Assembly (NCBI GenBank): GCA_038204425.1
Contig: JBBRCZ010000004.1
Location: 64,001-128,000 of the forward strand
Length of the DNA stretch: 64,000 bases
Reading direction: 5' to 3'
From: Spirochaetia bacterium
GTDB lineage: Bacteria > Spirochaetota > Spirochaetia > DSM-27196 > Salinispiraceae
Of this stretch, positions 58,065 to 64,000 are shown one piece after another; within the stretch, counting starts at the first letter, position 1, and each line of letters starts with the position of its first letter. A program made the translations under genes and the position numbers. The notes beneath the pieces are model-generated. The model was not told the origin of the DNA. It ran no database searches and saw nothing but the letters and a program-made list of their open reading frames with translations.

Positions 58065-59210
58065 TTAAAACGCTTGCCTAACTAGATCACTGACTACTTG
58101 CTGGTTGACCGAAAAAGGAACCGAGCGGATAAAAGGTAGATCTAAGGCAAGCTCACAAATTTCGGGCACCATTTCGAGCGACAGATGAAAATCTCGCAAG
58201 CGACTTGGAAGATCAAGTCTTGCAACAATGCGCCTTGCAACCTTTGAAGCCAAAAGCGACGCGTCTTCCGGACTCAGGTTGTCCACGTCTTCGCCCATAG
58301 CCTTGGCCAAGGCAGCAACTCTGTTTGGTTGATGGTTTCCATGTAGGTCAAGTACCAAGGGAACTAGGGCCGTTGCCACCCAAGACTTTGGAACTGCATA
58401 GCGACTGTTGATAGCATAGCTGAGTGCACCCCCGATGCCCTGAGTAGAAGTAGATAAGGCTAGCGAAGAAAGTAAGCCAGCCTCCGCTGCTTTTAGGCGG
58501 GGACGTATATCCTTAGGACTTTGCGAAAACTCGATCATTGCTTGGGACAGTATTTCAATAGAACGCAGTGCAAACCCATCTGACAAGAAATTTGCCTGAC
58601 TTGAGGTAAATGCCTCGATGGCTGCCAAAAACACGTCCATCATAACTACCGCATAGTACTTTGGAGAAAGACTGGTTGAAACTTTGGGGTCAAGAATAGT
58701 TACGCGTTCCATCTTGGCTGGTGAACGTAGCACAACGGGTTTGCGACGAAAGTTGTCGGTCATTACGTAGCTGGATTGGGCCAAAAAATGATCACGACAA
58801 GTCCCGGGAATCGCAATGAACGGCAACGTTTTATCACCGGGAACTTCACCAGCAAAAAAACGTTCTATACTTAAGTTAGAAGGCGCGATACTTGCGATAG
58901 TCCTAGCCACAGTTAGGGCCTTGATGCCACCAATTCCAATAACGCAATTTGGTTTACCAGCTCGGACCATACCTAAAATAGTGTGAAACACTTCACTACC
59001 GCTTGAGGCTTGTAGTTCGTCATAGACTAGGGTTTGGACATTTGATCGGGCCAATATGGAACGAAGTTGACTCATATAGGGGTTATCATGAATAGTTGCT
59101 TCTGAAATGATTACGCTACGTTCGCCAAAGCCTCGGGCAACTTCTCCGGCTTGTGAAAGGGTATCAATGCCAAAAAGTATCCGCCCAGCACTTTTAATAT
59201 CCAAAGCCAT
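58065..59210 (-). CDS. Iron-containing alcohol dehydrogenase-family protein, degenerate
   Basis: ILFG, VIGIGG, FIAIPGT, ILDP, LPSRLRD match the fold, but the His metal ligands are missing. Confidence 0.75.
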   Translation of the reverse strand: MALDIKSAGRILFGIDTLSQAGEVARGFGERSVIISEATIHDNPYMSQLRSILARSNVQTLVYDELQASSGSEVFHTILGMVRAGKPNCVIGIGGIKALTVARTIASIAPSNLSIERFFAGEVPGDKTLPFIAIPGTCRDHFLAQSSYVMTDNFRRKPVVLRSPAKMERVTILDPKVSTSLSPKYYAVVMMDVFLAAIEAFTSSQANFLSDGFALRSIEILSQAMIEFSQSPKDIRPRLKAAEAGLLSSLALSTSTQGIGGALSYAINSRYAVPKSWVATALVPLVLDLHGNHQPNRVAALAKAMGEDVDNLSPEDASLLASKVARRIVARLDLPSRLRDFHLSLEMVPEICELALDLPFIRSVPFSVNQQVVSDLVRQAF

Positions 59211-59235
59211 AAAACCACCCCCTTTTGTTAGAGCT

Positions 59236-59271
59236 AAAAAAAAAGAGAGCCAACCATTAGGTCACCCTCTT
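59236..59271 (-). terminator. Intrinsic terminator after flgM
   Basis: Minus strand AAGAGGGTGACC-TAAT-GGTTGGCTCTCTT followed by a T run. Confidence 0.6.
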
Positions 59272-59313
59272 ATTTTCGGAAAATCATGTTCCGCGATTAT
59301 AAACAGCCAACGA

Positions 59314-59598
59314 TCAATTGATCCCAAACGAATCCATCAGTCGGTCGGCAAGCGAATTAAGCAGCGTATCATTTATATAGTTAGGATCTTGTAGTTTCAA
59401 CTTAGCAGCTTCTACCTTATCCATACGAACGTCAGAAGCAGCATGTACCAAGGTATTCATCTGAAGCACTTCGGCTTTGACTCGCGCTTCGGAAGATACA
59501 GAAACCGAATCACCATCGGCACGAGCACCACGGCTAACCTTTTGGTTTTTATTGTAAGCCGATAAAGGGTCTAAGGAACCAAGTCTTTCAATGCTCAT
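59314..59598 (-). CDS. flgM: Anti-sigma-28 factor
   Basis: 94 aa; DSVSVSSEA, DVRMDKVEAAK.K...Y; sigma28-type promoter upstream. Confidence 0.82.
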   Translation of the reverse strand: MSIERLGSLDPLSAYNKNQKVSRGARADGDSVSVSSEARVKAEVLQMNTLVHAASDVRMDKVEAAKLKLQDPNYINDTLLNSLADRLMDSFGIN

Positions 59599-59632
59599 TT
59601 CTGCATGATCCTTTCCAAGTGCGATAGATTAA

Positions 59633-59659
59633 GTATCGTCCGCAACCTGCCAAAAGTTA
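59633..59659 (-). promoter_or_regulatory. Sigma28 (FliA)-type promoter of flgM
   Basis: TAAC-N15-GACGATAC versus consensus TAAA-N15-GCCGATAA. Confidence 0.65.
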
Positions 59660-59718
59660 AATGAATTGTGTCCACTTAACCGAATAAAAACGGTAGACTA
59701 AGAAAAGCACCTCGATTG

Positions 59719-60480
59719 CTATTGCTCTTCAGAATCGCCCTTATAGCTATTATCCTTATATTTCGATTTTTTCTCAAGTGATTTTTTGTCGTTAGTAGCA
59801 TGAAAATCCATACTTGCCTGTATTGCTATTGCAAATTCACCCTTAATTACGGTCTTTTGCGAAAGATGCTCTAGAATTTGCGCTGGGCTACCTCGTATTA
59901 CTTCCTCATGAATCTTGGTTAGCTCTCTGGCTACGACGACTGCAGCCAAGGGATCAATTGTCAAGCAATCGCCCATCAATGCAACAATTCTAAAAGGAGA
60001 TTCGTAAACTACCGCAATATCACTGGCTAACATCAGTTCACTTAACTGTTTTCTACGCCTTCCGGACTTGGGCGATAAGAAGCCTTCAAAGGCGATTCTC
60101 TTGCCTGCCAAACCCATGACGCTGATGACTGTCGCCAAGGCAGAGGGCCCGGGGATTGGTACTACTTCAAAACCAGCGTCAACAACCGCCTGCACCAAGA
60201 TACCACCTGGATCACTTAAACCGGGTGTTCCGGCGTCGCTCACAAAGGCTACATTTTTTCCTTCGCGCAGACTTTCTATTATGCGCTTGGCACTTGGCAG
60301 TTCATTGTGACCATGGCAACTGACAAGTTGTTTGCGAATTTCATAGGCTTGCAAAAGATGCTGGGTGTGTCGCGTATCTTCGCAGGCGATAATATCGACC
60401 TCTCTAAGTGTATCGAGCGCTCGCAAACTGATGTCACGAAGATTTCCAATGGGCGTTGCTACCACGTATAAACAAGACAT
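59719..60480 (-). CDS. rsmI: 16S rRNA (cytidine1402-2'-O)-methyltransferase
   Basis: LYVVATPIGNL.DIS.RA, CEDTRHT, VSDAGTPGLSDPG, YESPFR, ARELTKIHEE. Confidence 0.96.
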   Translation of the reverse strand: MSCLYVVATPIGNLRDISLRALDTLREVDIIACEDTRHTQHLLQAYEIRKQLVSCHGHNELPSAKRIIESLREGKNVAFVSDAGTPGLSDPGGILVQAVVDAGFEVVPIPGPSALATVISVMGLAGKRIAFEGFLSPKSGRRRKQLSELMLASDIAVVYESPFRIVALMGDCLTIDPLAAVVVARELTKIHEEVIRGSPAQILEHLSQKTVIKGEFAIAIQASMDFHATNDKKSLEKKSKYKDNSYKGDSEEQ

Positions 60481-60523
60481 AGCCGCTATGATAACGGCAA
60501 CCAATACATGATACAATCACCCC

Positions 60524-60982
60524 ATGGAAACTGCGATCGCCATCGTAATGGCCATAGTTCTTGGCGCACTCTTGCTATCGCTTATGGGCAAGAAGCCAGC
60601 TGTTCCTGCCAAACTGGGCAAATCGCAACACCAAACAAAGGCCGGGAATCTACCCGGCAAAACGTGCACCCTGTGCTTCACGGGACTCAAAGTTGGACAA
60701 ACGCTAAAAACCAAAGTGACAGAACTGCCTGCGCGGTCGGGCAACCAGATGGGCGTCAAAGAATCAATTGCGACTGTCTATGGCTGTCCCTGGTGTTGGC
60801 CAGCCAATCCAGAACATGTAAGGATCTGCCCGGCGTGCAAGTCGCACTTAGCAGCTCATGACTATGTTATCGGTCGCTACTTTGAGCGGACTGACAAACG
60901 AAACCACCTTCGTATCTTGGGCTGCACGCGGTGCCGAAACCCGATTAGCTTAAAAAGCCTACCAATTAGTAGCCTTTTGTAG
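60524..60982 (+). CDS. Membrane-anchored Cys-rich (four CxxC) hypothetical protein
   Basis: N-terminal TM; CTLC, CPWC, CPAC, CTRC. Confidence 0.7.
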   Translation: METAIAIVMAIVLGALLLSLMGKKPAVPAKLGKSQHQTKAGNLPGKTCTLCFTGLKVGQTLKTKVTELPARSGNQMGVKESIATVYGCPWCWPANPEHVRICPACKSHLAAHDYVIGRYFERTDKRNHLRILGCTRCRNPISLKSLPISSLL

Positions 60983-61048
60983 TTCTCTTTCGTTCTACGA
61001 CAGACTTGCGTCTTGAAGTCTGCAAAAGCCCTGAGGTAATCTCTTTGC

Positions 61049-62845
61049 ATGGAATCATTCAAAAGAACGGTCACCTGCGGCGAGCTAAGGGCTAGTGACG
61101 CCGGAAAGTCCGTGACTCTCAATGCTTGGGTACATAGAAACAGAGATTTTGGGGGCGTACAATTTATCGTCCTGCGCGATCGTTATGGCATAGTCCAGGC
61201 TGTTGTCGATGCCGACGCAAGTGCACAACTAAAGCAACTGGCTGCCAACCTAAAATTTGAATACTGCGTTGCGGTACTTGGTCGGGTTCGAACCAGACCA
61301 AGCGATCAAATCAACAAAGATATGAGTACGGGTGAAATAGAACTTGCGGTTGAACAACTGATTGTCCTCAATGCTTGTGATGTCTTGCCGTTTATGATTG
61401 ATGACGTCTCGAATGCAAACGAAGAGCTACGCCTAAAATACCGCTATTTGGACTTGCGTAGTTTTTCCATGCAACGCAAGCTCAAACTACGGCACGACGT
61501 TACTTGGCGCGTTAGAGAGTACTTGGTCAATCAAGGATTTTTTGAGATTGAAACCCCAACTTTAATTCGTTCTACCCCAGAAGGAGCTCGTGACTACTTG
61601 GTACCAAGTAGAATTCATCGCGGTAGTTTTTATGCCCTGCCACAAAGTCCGCAGCTTTATAAGCAGCTTTTGATGGTTGGCGGTATGGATAAATATTTCC
61701 AGATAGCTCGTTGCTATCGAGATGAAGACGCACGCGGTGACCGACAACCAGAGTTTACCCAAGTCGACATTGAGATGAGTTATGTCGGTCGAGAAGATAT
61801 CTTTGCACTTATGGAAGGCATGTTTGCTCATGTCTTCAAAAACACTCTCAATATCGACCTGCAGATTCCATTTAGGCGCCTGTCATATGATCAAGCGATT
61901 GAACTCTACGGCTCAGATAAACCTGACTTACGTTTTGCTTGGGAAATTCAGGATCTTGCGTCGCTGGCTGCCAAAAGCAGTTTTGATGTCTTTACGTCCA
62001 CCTTGGCACAAGGCGGCAGCGTCAAAGTGCTAGTTGCCAAAAATTGCGGCACCTACTCACGTAAGCAGATCACCGACCTGGAAGACGTTGCAAAAACATA
62101 CCGAGCCAAGGGTTTAGCTTGGATAAAAGTCGGCGAAGCTGGCTCGGGACTCGATTCTTCGGGCCTCGATGGCGGTATCGCTAAGTTCTTTACCACACAA
62201 GCTGCTGACTTAATTAGCTCCACGGGAGCTCAAGCCGGCGACTTGCTTTTGTTTGTAGCAGATAAACACAAAGTCGCTTGCTCTGCACTGGGCGCGGTTA
62301 GGGCTCGCCTGGGCAAAGACCTTAACCTTGCCGATCCCAAGGCCTTTGCCTTTGCCTGGATCATCGACTTTCCACTGTTTGAATATAACGAAGAAGAAAA
62401 AAAGTGGGATGCAGCCCACCACATGTTCAGCATGCCTCAAGAACAGTTCCTAGAAACCATGGAGAGCGACCCTGGTGCCGTTAAGGGAGATCTGTATGAC
62501 TTGGTTTGCAATGGCTATGAACTAGCATCTGGCAGCATTCGAATCAACACGCCAGAACTTCAGCAGCGAGTTTTCAACATTGTAGGATTTGATGCAGCAG
62601 AAGGTCAAAAGAAGTTTGGATTCTTGTTGGATGCATTTAAGTATGGTGCTCCGCCGCACGGTGGCATAGCCCCGGGCCTAGACCGACTAATAATGCTGAT
62701 GGCAGGAGAAAGCACCATTCGTGAGGTAATAGCTTTTCCAAAAAATACCAACGCCTATTCTCCAATGGACGATTCGCCGGCTGGCGTTGATCAGCAACAA
62801 CTACAGGAACTTGGCATTAAAATTCAAGCGCGCGAAAACGATTAA
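61049..62845 (+). CDS. aspS: Aspartate--tRNA ligase
   Basis: RTVTCGEL, LRDRYG, RYLDLR, STPEGARDY, LPQSPQLYKQ, RQPEFTQ, GAPPHGGIAPGLDR. Confidence 0.98.
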   Translation: MESFKRTVTCGELRASDAGKSVTLNAWVHRNRDFGGVQFIVLRDRYGIVQAVVDADASAQLKQLAANLKFEYCVAVLGRVRTRPSDQINKDMSTGEIELAVEQLIVLNACDVLPFMIDDVSNANEELRLKYRYLDLRSFSMQRKLKLRHDVTWRVREYLVNQGFFEIETPTLIRSTPEGARDYLVPSRIHRGSFYALPQSPQLYKQLLMVGGMDKYFQIARCYRDEDARGDRQPEFTQVDIEMSYVGREDIFALMEGMFAHVFKNTLNIDLQIPFRRLSYDQAIELYGSDKPDLRFAWEIQDLASLAAKSSFDVFTSTLAQGGSVKVLVAKNCGTYSRKQITDLEDVAKTYRAKGLAWIKVGEAGSGLDSSGLDGGIAKFFTTQAADLISSTGAQAGDLLLFVADKHKVACSALGAVRARLGKDLNLADPKAFAFAWIIDFPLFEYNEEEKKWDAAHHMFSMPQEQFLETMESDPGAVKGDLYDLVCNGYELASGSIRINTPELQQRVFNIVGFDAAEGQKKFGFLLDAFKYGAPPHGGIAPGLDRLIMLMAGESTIREVIAFPKNTNAYSPMDDSPAGVDQQQLQELGIKIQAREND

Positions 62846-62916
62846 AAATACCAGCACAGTTTCGGGCAATTGCCCACAAAACCCCGCCCTAAACGGCACA
62901 AGACAAGGAGCATACC

Positions 62917-64000
62917 ATGTTTAAGATTCGAGCCCTCAACAACATTTCCCCAAAGGGAACTGACCTTCTGCCAAAAGACAATTATTCATTGAGTGAAACC
63001 GAAGAGAACCCCGATGGCATTTTGGTACGAAGCTACAAAATGAATGATATGGAACTTCCAAGTAAGCTCTTGGCAGTTGCACGCGCCGGCGCTGGTGTTA
63101 ACAATATTCCTGTTGATCGTTGTACCGAAAAAGGAATCGTTGTCTTTAATACTCCAGGTGCAAATGCCAATGCGGTTAAAGAATTGGTTATTGCTGGCTT
63201 GATGCTCTCCAGCCGTCGACTTTACCAAGGCATCAACTGGTCCCAGAGCCTTAAGGGCAAAGGCGACGAGGTTGCAAAACTCGTCGAGAAGGGAAAAGCT
63301 GACTTTACCGGGCCAGAGATTTTTGGCAAAAAACTTGCAGTTCTTGGTCTCGGTGCCATCGGTGTCATGGTTTCCAATGCTTGTAGTGACCTCGGCATGG
63401 ACGTAATTGGTTACGATCCGTTTATTTCGGTTGAGTCCGCTTGGGGGCTAAAACGAACCGTACGCCGAGCTAAGAGCATCGATGCTGCCGTGGCCGAAGC
63501 TGATTATATCACCATACATACACCTTTGGTTCCCGAAACAAAAGGCGCATTTAACGCCAGCCTTTTTGCAAAGATGAAGGAAGGTGTCCGCATACTTAAC
63601 TTTGCGCGCGGTGAGTTGGTAAACAATACCGACATGGTGGCCGCCATCCATGCTGGTAAGGTCGCTGTCTACGTGAGCGACTTCCCTGAAGAAGAACTCT
63701 TGGGCATTGATCAAGTCATTCCAGTTCCCCACCTTGGCGCATCAACTCCGGAGGCAGAAGATAACTGTGCAATCATGGCAAGTGAACAACTTCGCGCCTA
63801 CCTCGAGACAGGGAACATTCGTAACTCAGTTAATTTTCCGCATTGCGAGATGGATTTTAGGCGAACAAGCCGTCTTTTGATAGCCAATAGAAATATTCCT
63901 AACATGGTAGGTCAAATTACCACTATACTTGCTCAAGAAGGAATTAACATTGCTGATATGATTAATAAAGGAAGAGATAACCTAGCCTACAACATCATCG
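62917..64000 (+). CDS. serA: D-3-phosphoglycerate dehydrogenase with ACT domain (3' end truncated by window; not in the ORF track)
   Basis: AAGGAG RBS; MFKIRALNNIS, ARAGAGVNNIPV, NTPGANANAVKE, GLGAIG, NFARG, PHLGASTPEAEDNC, NRNIPNMVGQI. Confidence 0.92.
   Translation, partial: MFKIRALNNISPKGTDLLPKDNYSLSETEENPDGILVRSYKMNDMELPSKLLAVARAGAGVNNIPVDRCTEKGIVVFNTPGANANAVKELVIAGLMLSSRRLYQGINWSQSLKGKGDEVAKLVEKGKADFTGPEIFGKKLAVLGLGAIGVMVSNACSDLGMDVIGYDPFISVESAWGLKRTVRRAKSIDAAVAEADYITIHTPLVPETKGAFNASLFAKMKEGVRILNFARGELVNNTDMVAAIHAGKVAVYVSDFPEEELLGIDQVIPVPHLGASTPEAEDNCAIMASEQLRAYLETGNIRNSVNFPHCEMDFRRTSRLLIANRNIPNMVGQITTILAQEGINIADMINKGRDNLAYNII

Noticed and set aside
61049..62845. Non-discriminating AspRS
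   Set aside because: Anticodon-domain positions read RDFGG and RPSD rather than the His/Gly pattern of non-discriminating enzymes; specificity cannot be settled by eye.
62864..62875. Palindrome GGGCAATTGCCC before serA
   Set aside because: Short, isolated and with no supporting leader structure or U tract.

Overview
Bacterial chromosomal window, most likely from a free-living spirochaete (Spirochaetales-like). The assignment is inferred from the archaeal-type pyrH, a DUF3996-like beta-barrel, many lipoproteins, flgM and several spirochaete-type hypotheticals. It is densely coding and mostly housekeeping: a panB-panC-coaBC-coaX-panD operon followed by three lipoprotein genes, rimO, rplM-rpsI-tRNA-Leu(CAA), a lolA-rodZ-hinT-uvrD run, pyrH, fabG-fabF and fabH, tRNA-Ala(GGC), a Lon-like protease, flgM, rsmI, aspS and a partial serA. 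Accessory-looking genes include a large GH2, an alkaline phosphatase, glycosyltransferases, a CBM lipoprotein, an orphan AbiEi-like antitoxin and an SBP-OmpA / vWA / ABC-exporter cluster. I found no CRISPR array, transposase, integrase or prophage. The best novelty candidate is a ~155-nt structured leader between a near-consensus sigma70 promoter and panB, whose mutually exclusive helices either expose or bury the ribosome-binding site (candidate CoA/pantothenate-responsive RNA switch). Other leads: a 6-codon out-of-frame uORF at the ornithine decarboxylase start, an unannotated 38-aa Lys-rich ORF, several apparent pseudoenzymes and a decayed exported-protein gene. All calls come from reading the sequence and recognising motifs; no database searches were run.
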